Of a DNA stretch of 64,000 nt, positions 38,678 through 51,500 are shown in pieces. The stretch comes from Azolla caroliniana (Eukaryota > Plantae > Polypodiophyta). The stretch is from the NCBI GenBank assembly GCA_043228905.1, contig JBHGNT010000021.1:5580001-5644000 (forward strand), in the 5' to 3' direction. Below the pieces are notes generated by a model that made no database searches, had not been told where the DNA came from, and saw only the letters and a program-made list of their open reading frames with translations. The position numbers and the translations under genes were made by a program. How positions within the stretch are numbered: position 1 is the first letter of the stretch; each line of letters begins with the position of its first letter.

Positions 38678-38695
38678 TTCACGTCGGGTTCACCA
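38678..38695 (-). promoter_or_regulatory. Primer-binding site complementary to the 3' end of tRNA-Trp
   Basis: The + strand TTCACGTCGGGTTCACCA matches the 3'-terminal 18 nt of plant cytosolic tRNA-Trp(CCA) as I recall it. It sits 4 nt from the LTR edge. Confidence 0.8.
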
Positions 38696-38999
38696 AAGAT
38701 GTCGCGTTACTATGCACGTGCGTGGAGAAACGAGGCGGGACCACCGAGGTCTTGAACCGAAGGGCAGGTGATAGGAGGGGAAAGAGAAAGAGAAAGACGA
38801 CCGGTAACGTATGAGTGAAGAAACACAGGGACACGGCCCTGTCAACGCAGAACACACGAGTGGACACAGACAGAGAGACACGAATGTTTGTATATTAACA
38901 AATGACACAAAACAACAGAGCACACGAGCGGTTACAACCGAACAGGCCGGCGAACAGATGCCGAGGCCTACTCGTCTGCTCGCGAAAGGGGATAGGATA

Positions 39000-39165
39000 G
39001 CATCAAAAAATGGTTCAAAAGACGTGATGTGAATATCTCTTTGAGCTTTTAAGTGATGTTATAAAATATGTAGCTATTGAAAAGATTAATGAAACCACTA
39101 ATGAAGAATTGGAAATATGCTGAAAGGACAAAATTAGAATATTACATCGCAAACATCAATCATGA
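39000..39165 (+). mobile_element. LINE relic of the same family as in CNOT9 intron 2
   Basis: Frameshifted [34 protein letters not shown] matches ORF 6824-7159. Confidence 0.65.
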
Positions 39166-39589
39166 AGAAAAAAATTGTTGAGCTATGTTCTCTATCGGCA
39201 ACGGAATTTGGCACAAAGACAAGTGTTGAAAAGCCTTCGATTAAAGCTTCGTAAGGAGATATAGGAAGTTTTATTTGGTGGTTTGTACTAGAAGCAACGA
39301 TAGAAATTAAAAATCGCATGTAATAAGCATACACATACTCAACACGCATTGCATGCCTCTTATTGTCTTCTTCATCTTCAATCTCTTCAGTTAGGTGAGT
39401 TTTGGTTTTCTCTCTTGTTCATGGAAAATTGTTGTTATCTTGGATCGATATCACACCAAGAATAATGGATATAAACATAGATTGAGTCATGCGTGATATT
39501 TGTGGTATTCGAAATCCGTAAGATTCGACAATACAGAATGACCCCAAGAATATTACAGAACCATTCGTTTATTTATTTATTATTTAATT

Positions 39590-40260
39590 TACTTTTTACA
39601 TCTATTATATAAAAATATTATTAATGTGATGTACCATTTTTAATGTCAGATAAAAATATCAAATTTGGTGGGAGGGTAAAAAGAGGGGAATTAATAAACC
39701 TTTTATTTATTTGTTTATTAAAAATAAAAAAAATACTTTTAAGTTTTACATCTATTATAAAAATATTATTAGTTTGAGGTCCCCTTTTTAATTTCAGATA
39801 AAAATATAATTTTTTTTGGGAACCTTTTATTTATTTTTTGTTTTATTAAAAAATAAAACAAATACATTTAAGTTTTATATCTATTATAAAAATATTATTA
39901 GCGTGAGGTTCCCTTTTTAATGTTAGATAAAACTATATAAAATTTGGTGGAGAATAAAAAGTGGGGAATTAATGAACCTTTTATTTATTTTTTATTTTTT
40001 ATTGTTTTATTAAAAATAAAACAAATACTTTTAAGTTTACATGTATTATAAAAATATTATTAGTGTGAGGTCCCCTTTTTAATGTCAGATAAAAATATGA
40101 AATTTTCTGGGAGAGTAAAAATGGGGAATTAATGAACCTTTTATTTATTATTTTTTATGTTTTTATTATTAATTAAAAATAAAACTAATACTTTTAAGTT
40201 TTACATCTATTATATAAAAATAATATTAGTGTAAGTCTACTTTTTAATGTGAAATTAAAC
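39590..40260 (+). repeat. AT-rich tandem repeat, ~5 copies of 130-165 bp
   Basis: Recurrent TTTTACATCTATTATAAAAATATTATTAGTGTGAGGTCCCCTTTTTAATGTCAGATAAAAATAT...GGGGAATTAATGAACCTTTTATTT. Confidence 0.85.
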
Positions 40261-42043
40261 CCCTTATTATTGTCAAAGTCTTCTTTGTTATGTCAAGAAA
40301 CTTATGTATGAACTCTTTCTTCTTTCTTTCTTTCTTTCTTTTAATGAATATTTTTCATGCATTCTTATGCGTATTCGTATGCATTTGTTTGGTAACCCCC
40401 ACTAATGCGAATATGTCAATCTATGAATATAACCATGAATTCCTCATAAATTGTGGGGGACATCAATATGGGCATCATTGATCCAATAAAGAGTAATGTA
40501 ATGATTGAATGTAATTGTGAAAGGGAAGAATTTGGAAGATCTAAGAGGTTTAAAGGTATAGAGGAAACGAATGAGAAGAAATCTGACATATGCCGAAGCA
40601 ATACATGTAGATGAGGTTGACAACGATCATCGTAATTGAGATAATTTATGGGGAATTTCCAATACCTTTTTGTTTGATATTGTGGAAGAAAATGAAATGC
40701 AGCAAAAGGATGCATCGATGAGGATGTGCATGATGTGGAAGTTGATGTTGAGGCAGTGTTGCAATCTTTTGATGTATTCTATGATTGTGCGGTCATATTA
40801 TTTTTTACCGGGAAACACCCATACATAAATTGGATTAAACAATGGTTGAACACAATCGTGTCACCAAATTGTGTTGAGAATATATATGCAAGATCACGAG
40901 GGTTTTATGATGTAGTATTTCGTTTCCCTGAACATCGAAGTGCATTGTTGGCTAAAGTTCGTGTCTTCTTTTTATAAACGATTAGTGCATGTAATGCAAT
41001 GGTCCCATGTAGTGGACTATCATGCTTTGTTGAAACAAGAATGCCCTACTTGGGTAACATAGGATTGTAAGCATGTGTTTTTATGGCCACTTTTCCCAGA
41101 GTTGATGAGTCAAATGGGTAAAGTGTTGGTATCTCCACATGCAAATGCTACAAATAAGTGCAGATTTGGTATGTTATGGGATACAAGTCGTAAGAGACCA
41201 GGATAGGTGTGTATGAACACACTTGATATGAAAAGACTTTGTTTTAAATTGAAGTGAGAGACATTTGCAGGTCATTGTTTTGGATGTGGTGAATGGGGTC
41301 ATTTATGGTGGAATGCCAACGCCATTGTCCTTCAACTTTAGAGGTTCCTAAGTTGGGAGAGATGTTGGTGTGTTAGATATTGTGGTTGTTATGGATGAAG
41401 GAATATTATCTAGAGAAAGTTATAAAGAGGTCTCACTTCAAGCTTTGGACCCTAAGAATAAGGGAACTCAATCTATGGATATGGAAAAACAATGTTTAGT
41501 GGTCATAGATAAGGGGAAAAAACGGCTGGATAGAACTAGTAGTGATGTTGTTGTTGATAAAGATTGACATCAGGTTAAGGGCAAGTCGAAGGGGAAATCA
41601 ATGAATATGCAATGTAATAGTTTGCCCACTACTTGTGAGACTATGGCAAGGTAATTCAGGAACTAGGGAGGGTCCTTGAAAAGTTCATTGGCAATGACAA
41701 TTTAGGGACAAGGGATTACCCCTTCACCTTCAATTTGATCCATTGGGACTAGTTGTAAATTCATCGAATTCTTGGTTTTCATCAAGCAGGAGGACCTAAA
41801 GAAAAGATTTCGATAGACAACCCTAAGGATGTGGTGCATGAAAATCCATATGCAACATTGGAACATGCTTTGACTAGTTTCATGATATTTTTTGCTCTAA
41901 AGGAGCAAGTGGACCCATACCATTGTTAATTGAATGAAAGTGGTAACATGGAATGTGAGAGGGGTATGTTCTCCTCATAAGAACTATATATTATGGGAAA
42001 CTTTGTTAAGATAAATATGGGATGTATTATATGTAGTTGAGCA

Positions 42044-42965
42044 TAGGGATCGGTAACGGCTCGGCTCGGCTCAGTTTAGGCTTGAACTTGCCTTAACAGT
42101 TTGAGCTCGGCTCGGCTCGGCTCGAGCCTCGCCAAACCGGCTAAGCCGGTTAGAAACTTGAGAGAGGGAGGGAGGGAGACAACAGACAAGGGGAAAGAGA
42201 GAGAGTGTGTGTGAGTGAGGGAGGGAGACTAAATAAACGATGGGAGAGAGGGAGAGTGAGAACTACACAAACGAGGAGAGAGAGGGAGAGAGAGTCAAGA
42301 CCACAGACGTGAGAGAGAGAATGGGAGGGAGAGCTTGTACAATGTATACTATATAGTAGGGGGTGTCATGATATGGCAAGACCCGAACCCATGACCTTAG
42401 GTTATATGGGTTGAGCTCTTGACCATTATATCATCTATTGTAATACGTAGGATATTATTTTCATTTACATTTTATTATAGGAAATTAATGTATATTCCCG
42501 ATTTCTCTGGAACATTCTAGAAGCTTCAGGATTACTCTTGAGAACACTATAAAAGAGGGCACTAGGCATTATGTTGAACCAAATTGGTTCAACGCCAGTC
42601 TTTAGCCTCATAGCCCTTTTGTACTTACTCTTCTTATAATATATAATATGTTATCATCATCTCTCTCTCTCTCTCTCCTCTTCTCTCTTCCTCTCTCGGG
42701 AGTCTTATGCAGTCCCGTCCTCTTAGTACTAATAGTACTTCCCTTCTCTAGTACTAATTCTCTCTCTGTTTAGTACTATTCCTGACAGGGAGAGGGAGGG
42801 AGGGAGGGTTTCAAGCCGTTTACCAAACCGGTTCATAAACCGGTTTAGGCTAAACCGGTTCAGTTCGGTTCAGGTTTGAGATCCCTTAAACGGTTTAGGC
42901 TTAGCCGGTTTGGCTTGGATCAGGCCAAACCAGCTAAGCCTAAACCGAACTGTTGTCGATCCCTA
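42044..42965. mobile_element. Non-autonomous hAT element
   Basis: TIRs TAGGGATCGGTAACGG / CTGTTGTCGATCCCTA, a perfect 8-bp TSD GTTGAGCA, and AAACCG/GCTCG subterminal repeats. Confidence 0.92.
42364..42787 (+). mobile_element. Solo LTR (element C) nested in the hAT element, related to elements A and B
   Basis: Runs TGTCATG...CCTGACA with flanks GGGGG/GGGAG. It shares the TATA...CAACGCCAGTC motif and the antisense tRNA-like head with the LTRs of A and B. Confidence 0.75.
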
Positions 42966-43188
42966 GTTGAGCATAAGTGTCATGAGTTAGCAGTATCCAC
43001 AGTCATTTGCGTGTATATTCATCATTCTATGCAGGATATCTTAATAATCATTATTCAGTTGTGGTATTAATCGTGTGGGATAAATATTATCCTCAAGTCG
43101 TGCATAATGATCCTTATGGTCTATTTTTGTTCTAGAAATCACTTTTTTTGGCGAGGTTATGTGGGTGGTTAGGATTTATGTCCCTAAC

Positions 43189-43683
43189 TAACAATCGGCA
43201 ATGGTTCAGTTTGGTTTGGTTTTGGGAGTGTCAAAACCGAACCAGTTTGAAACCAAACCGTTTAAAATTTTTGAAACTTGAAACAACCCGAACCGAACTA
43301 AACCACGAAACTGTTAAACCGAACAATTAAAAAAAATTCAAACCAGTAAATCATTAAACCATTAAAACCACGGTTTCGTAGTTCAGTTTTAGTTTTCAAC
43401 TTAGGTCAAAATTCAAAATTTAAAATTTTCAAAATTTTAAAGATTTTCGTAAAATGTGAGAATAAGGCTTGAAAATGAAAAGATTGTTTAGAAATCAATT
43501 TTTATTTTTATTTTTATTTTTAAAAGTAAAAATAAAAAAAGCATTTAACCATTTAATCCGTGGTTTCTAATTGTTGAAACCGAACCAAACCGTTTAAAAA
43601 AACCAGAACTAAACCAAATCATTGAAATTAAGTCGCAGTTTCATGGTTAAGTTTGGTTCAAACCGAACCGTTGCCAATTGTTA
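43189..43683. mobile_element. MITE (probably hAT-like) inserted in the LINE endonuclease region
   Basis: TIRs TAACAATCGGCAATGGTTC / GAACCGTTGCCAATTGTTA. The 8-bp flanks TCCCTAAC/CCCATGAC are degenerate. The LINE frame IYVPN..QATQRIVLW continues across the insertion. Confidence 0.8.
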
Positions 43684-43944
43684 CCCATGACCAAGCCACT
43701 CAACGTATTGTATTATGGGGCTCACTCCTTCAAACCCTATGTGTGGGCCGTCCGGGATTACTTATGGATGAGTTTAACATGTGTGTTGATGTATCTCAAT
43801 CTATATCTAAACATTCAATCATGGATGATCCTAAGCAACTTTCTTGGGATTCATTAACTATGGAGGTTCTAAAGTTGGATGTTTGGACATGGTTGCATAG
43901 GAATGATCCAGGTTTTACCTTGCAATCCGCTCAACATATACAAA

Positions 43945-44386
43945 CATGGAGTCGGTTATATAGAATGTATGTGATGCACAATGATTATTTTTTATCGACA
44001 TCACTTCATATGATAGTTCTACAAGACATAGGAACTTCATATCACTTTTCTATTTGTTTGGAGGTTTGTCGTCATGCAATTCCCACGTATAAATCCTTTC
44101 TTGGAAAGCCTCCATTACGCTTTAACTCTTCTCTTTTGCTTCAATGTCACTTTGATTCTCTCATGGAGTCGGTTATATAGAATGTATGTGATGCACAATG
44201 ATTATTTTTTATCGACATCACTTCATATGATAGTTCTACAAGACGTAGGAACTTCATATCACTTTTTCTATTTGTTTGGAGGTTTGCCGTCATGCAATTC
44301 CCACGTATAAATCCTTTCTTGGAAAGCTTCCATTACGCTTTAACTCTTCTCTTTTGCTTCAATGTCACTTTGATTCTCTCATGGAG
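43945..44386 (+). repeat. ~217-bp tandem duplication inside the LINE, bounded by CATGGAG microhomology
   Basis: CATGGAG occurs at 43945, 44162 and 44380, with near-identical copies between. Confidence 0.9.
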
Positions 44387-46929
44387 CAAATTTTGGTAAA
44401 TCTTTCATAGCAAGTGAATCTTAAAGGAGTTAAAGCATCGGATATCACTTTACAAAACATTAAGATAATTCATCGTATATGGAGTAACTAATGTTGAATG
44501 AAGAAGAGGTCTTCTTCGATAATTCTCACAAGTTCTCTCTAGGTGTAATGCATTATTGATACATGCACCATTAGATGTGGAGTTTTCGGATATCCAAAGT
44601 CAATTGCATGTTATTATTTCTTAGTTACAATGTCAAAGTTATCGTTATGCTAAGATGTGACAACTTAGGGATGGGCTCATAGATAATCCATGTCAATCTC
44701 ATTTGTTTTTCCAAGCATTACATCCTACTTATGCTTGATCTAATGTGGTAAACCACGGGGATAAATTGATAGTGGATCCTACAATAATTGACATATGTGT
44801 TCATTACTTTAAGGAGTTGATTGACCCACAATTGTTAATGACAAATGAGGTGAGTAGAGCACATCATGAGTTTTATGATGTGGTTGGATGTATTGTGCAT
44901 GACCTCATTAGTCATGAATTGGATGCGGATTGCACTAAGGATGAGGTGGACACCGTTTTAAGGCATCTTCGTAGTGGTAACAACCCTAGCTGGGATGGCT
45001 TGACAAATGAAGTTTTTAAGCGATATTCGAACATTTTAATGGGCCATTAACATTGATGTTTCAACATTCTTGGAATTATGGTTATATGTCTCAAGCTTGG
45101 AAGGTTGGTCTAATTAAATTGGTTCTAAAGGTGGCATCTCCCGAGTCATTTCATCAATGGAAACCTATTTCTTTGATGGGGGAGGTTATATAAGAAATTT
45201 ACAAAAGTATTTGCCAAAGTTGATACATCCCGCCCAATATGGTTTTATTGTAGGTAGGAATATATTGCATAATGCGTTGAATATTCAAATGGCCATGGAT
45301 TATGCTCGAAGCACTCATCAAGAATTGATTTGGAGAAAGCTTATGATCGTGTTAATTGGTCCTTTGTTTCTGGGTTAATGCATACAATGACTTTGAACCT
45401 CATAATATGTCTCGCCTCATATTTTTATTAGGACAAGATGTGATGTCTCGAGTAATGCTTAATTGGGGAGTTACATCATATATTGGCCTCACAAGATCCG
45501 TTCGTCAAGGATGCCCACTTAGCCCATTGTTGTTTGCTATTGTTTCTCATCCCTTGTTAGTGATGTTATCAAGGATTGTAACAAATGGTGACATTGTGGG
45601 TCTACACTTTCCATCTAGAGGGCAACTAGTACCACACGTTTTTGCAGATGATTCTTTCATGTTTCTACAAGCCTCACGAGAGAAACTTGAGAAGGGGATG
45701 CCTGTATGGAACTTATTTGCATTGGTTTACATATTAATTGGAGGAATTCTATTCTCATATCATGTATGGAAAGGGATTGGAATGTTTAGGATGGCAAGGA
45801 TCCATGGTGAAGAAAGGCTATATTTTTCGACACTTCGGGTATCCATTGGGAGTGAATGTTACAAATGGTCAATTGATTGAATGGATGTCTAGTAAGTTTA
45901 TGGATAAGTTCATGTATTGGAAGTCACAATCTTGGCCATTTCATGTGCGCTTGAAGGTTGTACAATGGCGCTTGAAGGTTGTACAATGTATTATGGAACC
46001 ACGATATTATATTACTTTCCATTGTTGCGATGGAAAAAGAAGGCTTTGCATTCTGTTTTGCGACCTCATTGATATTTGTTGTGGAAGAAGAGGGATAAGA
46101 TGGGAATCACAAGGGTTGTGTGGAATCATTTAGCAACCCCTACACGTTAGGGGGGAGCTGGAATATTGGACTTATATATGCATATGATGGCTCATAGATT
46201 TTCATTACTACAAGACATGTGTTCAAATTCACAACCATGGATATCTATTGTTCAATATTTCATTGAGAGCAAGGGTTTAACACATGGGAGGACAAATGAT
46301 TAAGCCGTCATGGTGGCAGTTACTAAATGTATGTCATTAAGATTTCGGGCTCTTCATGTGTTCAACACTTGGTTATCTCATGGCAAGACGTCCTCTTCGT
46401 TATGTGTATGGAAACCATCACCTAGTAGAGAGCATTGTAATAACACGTTCGCATTCACAAGTGGAAGGATTGCGCATTTCACTTATAGGTTCCTTTTATA
46501 ATCTTGAGATTTTAGGCAATTTTCAGAAACTTGATACACCAGTATCACATGTTTTAAATAACATGTAAAATTTGTTAATTTTTTGAGATTTAACAAGTTT
46601 CAAAATGATAATTTCTAAAATTTAATAGTTTTTCAGTAAATGTTTAAACGTTGATTGTCTGCAGATATGAAATGTAGTTAACTTAAAGAAAATCACAATG
46701 GTTAACTCAAGGCACAAGTTAAGATAAATGGTTTGACCATCTTGAGGACATTCCAGAATTGGAAGTTACATCTATTGTTAGACTTGAAAATGTTCTAAGT
46801 ATAAGAGGTAACATTGTAATCCTTAATGCCATCATCTATCAATTTAGTACTCATTAACATCCATAAATTCACAACTCAAGAAATGTATACAATATTCATA
46901 AACAATTTAGATAAATCCATAACTCCTAA

Positions 46930-48308
46930 AATCAAGGAAGCACATGTTCGCACATATTCACCATAAGGTTGCTTGTTGTGCAACATACTTCTTTACGGAA
47001 TCGATATGCATCTTTTTCTCTTATAAAAACAAATATTTTAGTACAATTCGAGTTCATATTTTAAAAACCTCTTTTATTTGAAAAAAATGAAAAATTTTAA
47101 ACATGAACTCAATATATTGTATCAAGCTGATATAAAAAACAGAGTTTTCATCACAATTCCATACAATGTATCAAATTCCTGTTCAATGTTTATTTTCCCT
47201 AATTTAAAAAAATAAAAAATAAAACAATTGAGCTTGAGTTGATGAAAAAACTAGATTTTTCATCACAATTCCATACAATGTATCGGGTTCATGTTTCAAG
47301 GAAATTTTTTAATTTTCTCCAATTTTGTTTCAATTGTTTTATTTTATTTTATTTTATTAAATTATTTTATTTTATTTTATTAAATTATTTTATTTTATTT
47401 TTATTTTTAATTTTGGAAAAAAAAATTAAACATGAATTCCATACATTGTATTGAGTTGTGACGAAAACTCTGGTTCTTTCATTACTTCAAGCTCAAAAAC
47501 AAATTTTAAAAACAACCAAAATAAATAGAAAAAAAAATCAAAATATTTAAAAAAAAACTTTAAACATGAACTCGATACATTGTATCAGTTCATGTCAAAA
47601 AGTCAGCTTGTCGACAGAACTCGATACGAGTTCATGTTGAAAATTAGGGTTTGTGTTGAAAATATGACTTTTCAACATGAACTTGATACAATGTATCGAA
47701 TTCATGTTTAAAGTTTTTTTTTCCCAAAAAATAAAAAATAAAAAACAATAACAAAATTTGAAACAAATTAAAAAAATACTTTAAACATGAACTTGATACA
47801 TTCTATGAAATTGTGATAGAAAATATGGTTTTTTCATCAACTCAAGCTTGATTTTTTTATTTTTTTATTTTTTTAAATCCAGGGAAAGAAACTTTGAACA
47901 TGAATTTGATACATTGTATGGAATTGTGATGAAAACTCTGTTTTTTACATCAACTCGATACAATATATCGAGTTCATGTTTACAAATCTTCTTCATGTTT
48001 TCATCAACTCAAGCTTGATTTTTTATTTTTTTTATTTTTTTAATCCAGGAAAAAAAACTTTGAACATGAATTTGATACATTGTATGGAATTGTGATGAAA
48101 ACTCTGTTTTTTACATCAACTTGATACAAATATATTAAGTTCATGTTTACAAATCTTCTTATTTTTTCAAATAAAAGAGGTTTTTTAAACATGAACTCGA
48201 ATTGTACTAAAATCTTTGTTTTTAGAAGAGAAAAAGATGCATATCGATACTGCAAAGAAGTATGTTGCACAACAACATACCTTATGGTGAACATGTGCTT
48301 CATTGATT
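46930..48308. mobile_element. Foldback / long-TIR non-autonomous DNA element
   Basis: AATCAAGGAAGCACATGTTC... is mirrored by ...GAACATGTGCTTCATTGATT. Inverted homology runs for several hundred bp, with internal ATACAATGTATC / CATGAACTC repeats. No clear TSD. Confidence 0.8.
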
Positions 48309-48535
48309 AACAAAAAACCATTAATAATTGTGTTGATAGTAATTGAACCTTGCAAATGCCATTTACGTGGTCTATAAAATATTCTCATAATTCTTAATCA
48401 CCACTTCAAGCACTTAATGTTGATCTTCATAGTTTGGTTCATCTACAACAGAGAAACATTTATGTGGAACTAAGGATGACAACAAGCGCATAACTCAGGT
48501 GACAAGGAAACTTGCAAGAACTCAAGGTGAAGGGG

Positions 48536-51500
48536 GAGAACCGGAAACCGAATCGGATGGACCGGTGAGAACCGGAAGAGAAGACATATTTGTAAATATG
48601 TTTTGAGTAAGCCTATTGAGGCTATATTTGTAAATAGCCCTAAGTTCATATAAGTATAAATATGACTTAGGGCAATCACGTTATAAGTGATGTGGTCATA
48701 TTGTTGTTGATACAAACAACTATTGTATAGAGAGAGAGGAGATACAAAGTTATACTCTGTTGTAACTGCCGGTTAGCGAAGATACAGAGCTCGAGGTTGT
48801 TGCTTCCGAGTCTTTGATTGTATCTTTCCTATATGTAGTGATAGCTTGGAGTCTATGGGCTCCCGTGGTTTTTCCCATTAGGGTTTTCCACGTAAACATT
48901 TTGTGTACTCTCTACTTCCCATTTTTGTGTTTCATTCTCATTGAAGTGATTCATTACTCGGTCATGGCCGAGCTATATTCCGCGCTATTCTCTTCAATCT
49001 GGTATCAGAGTGAACAACACAAGAAATGGAAGAATCGTTCGGCGGCATGTTCAAGCTCACCAGTTCCAACTACTCAGTGTGGAAGTCGAATATGAGGGAT
49101 ATGTTGGTGGTTAAAGATTTGTGGTTGTTGGTTCAGTTCGGGGACAAGAGACCGGATAAGATTGATGACGCAATGTGGGAGGCGATGCACATGAAGACGA
49201 CGGCATACATCCAGTGCTTCATCGACATGAGCCTGTACAACAACTTCAATGAAGAGAGCAAAGGCTCATGAACTCTGGGAGAAGATTGGCATCATGTTCC
49301 AGAACAAGAATGTTGTTAATCGGGTTTCGGTATTCCGGAAGCTAGTGAGGCTCCTTTACCAGGACGGCTCTAGTATGGCGGAGCACATGAATGCCTTCCA
49401 TGGGCTAATACATCAATCAACCTGGTTAGAAGTACCTTTTGCGGATGAGGTACTTGCATTGCTCCTGCTCGGTTCCCTCTCGGATAGTTGGGAGACGTTA
49501 GTTGTCACGTTGGGCAACGCCGGGCTGGAAGGAAAGCAGTTGTCCCTAGCAAGGGTAAAATCAAGCTTGCTAGATGAAGAAGCTCGCCAAAAGGACCAAG
49601 AGTTTGGAACTGATATGAAGGCCTTGGTCACAAAAGATGACCAAAACCATGGAAGAGGCTGGTATCGCAGTCCCCAAAACCGGGACAAATCGGGGACGAG
49701 GTCGAAGTCGCCTAATGCTTCTACTATGGGAAGCCGGGGCACTACCGATTCGAAGAACTGACGGCATTTCCGGAAAGAGAAAGAAATCGGCACTACCGAT
49801 TCGAAGAAGAGTTCGGACCGAAACGGTTCGGACCGGAGAGGCCCGGATAAAAAAGGAACGTTGGCAATCACGACAAGTGAAGAAGAACTGATGCTCATCA
49901 CCAAGAAGAATGAGTTAAACATTGTCGGCGACGAGACAACGTGGGTTGTCGATTCCCGAACGTCATTCCACCAGACACCGGACCGAAGGTGCTTCTCATC
50001 CTACACAGCCGGAGATCACGGTTGTGTCTGGATGCGGAATGAAGGTACATGCCGAATTTTCGGCATAGGAGATGTGTTGTTGACAACATCAACCGGATGC
50101 AAGTTGATGTTGACGGATGTTGGACACGTTTCGAAGGTTCGACTAAACCTGATATCAGCCGATCGACTAGATGATGAAGGCTACACGGGTAGCATCCGGA
50201 ACGGAGTCATGAAATTTAGCAAAGGAAGCTTGATTGTGGCTCGAGCCCAGAAGATCAACAAGTTGTACCTGATGCAGGCCCGGATATGCCGGGAAGAAGT
50301 GAACGTAACATCTGACACTTCCGATGATCTGTGGCACAAGAGGTTGTGTCATATGAGCCAGAAGGGGATGAGAAGACTTGTTGAAGACAACCTCATTCCA
50401 GAGGTGAAAGACGTGCGCCTTGAGAAGTGCACTGACTGCTTGGCCGGCAAGCAAAACCGAACCTCCTTCCGGTCGAGACCACCAATGAGACGAAATGCAC
50501 CACTGGAGCTAGTGCATAACGATGTGTGTCAAGTGGACATGAAGTCCCATGCCGGATCGCGGTACTTCGTGATGTTCATAGATGACCACAACTGGAAGTT
50601 GTGGGTCTCACCACTGAAGACGAAGGACCAAGTGTTATCTGTCTTCAAGGAGCTACACGCGAGAGTGGAAAGAGAAACCGGCTGGAAGCTGAAGGCGGTT
50701 CGAGCAGACAACATAGGAGAATATCGGGGGCAGTTTGAGGAGTACTGTCGATCGAAGGGAATCCGGCTCGAATTCACCGTGCCGAAGACGCCGGAATTGA
50801 ACAGGTTGGCCGAACGGATGAACCAGACCGTGATGGAGAGAGTCTAGAGCATGCTAGCACACGCAAAATTACCCAAGACGTTTTAGGTTAAGGCGTTGAT
50901 GACGGCAACCTATGTGATAAACAGATCACCCTCAGCACCCTTGGAAGGAGACTCACCGCAAAAAGTATGGACCGGTAAAGATGTATATTACCAACATTTG
51001 AAGGTGTTCGGGTGTCTTGCATATGGGCATGTTGCAAAGGACAAGAGAGCAAAGTTGGATCCGAAGTCCCGACCATGCATATTCCTTGGATACGGCGATG
51101 ATGAGTTCGGTTACCGGGTGTGAGATCTGGTCGACAAGAAGGTGTTCCAAAGTCGGGACATAGTCTTCGTGGAAGACAAGACCATTGCCGACTAGGAGTC
51201 GGAGAAGAAGGTGATGAACTCCGGATCATCCAATGAAAACCGGCTTGAGGACACAAGGACTTACCTGGATGAAAACCGGATGTTAGTCGATAACTGGATG
51301 ACACTCGACGAACCGGCCGGATTCGGACAAGAAACCAAACTGAACCGACCGAAGATGAAGTAGAAGAAGACACCGGAACTGGACAAGATCCCGATTTGGA
51401 TTCGGATGAGGAATAAACAGAGGCACCGGTGGTCAAAAACCAAGGACGGAGATATCCTCTCCGAGAGGGAAGAGCCCCCCGGAGATTTCCGGATGCAGAG

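Larger units (their letters stand above)
25255..38998 (-). mobile_element. Decayed GC-rich non-chromoviral Ty3/gypsy retrotransposon with tRNA-Trp PBS, interrupted by a nested chromovirus
   Basis: The 3' LTR is 25255-25905 (TGTCG...CGACA) with a PPT at about 25906-25918. The 5' LTR is 38700-38998 and truncated. Gag 38682-37435 has CMWCDEVGHIRKDC. Protease ALVDHSSEINLM (37175-36528), RT YSVGDLYSGY...MPFLED, RNase H ITVDTSPTGIG and integrase H..GH..CESC / VDLV / ADRG / KVER follow. There are several stops and frameshifts. Confidence 0.93.
40700..46480 (+). mobile_element. Degenerate L1-type LINE (ORF1 plus EN/RT ORF2), interrupted by two MITEs
   Basis: ORF1 relic has a CFGCGEWGH knuckle (about 41275). 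ORF2 starts MKVVTWNVRG at 41934. RT motifs PSWDGLTNE, QYGFIVGRNI, RSVRQGCPLSPLLF and FADDS are present. There are many stops. Boundaries are approximate. Confidence 0.85.

Noticed and set aside
33000-38900. Many overlapping 60-270 aa ORFs on both strands
   Set aside because: They are shadow ORFs of GC-rich gypsy coding sequence.
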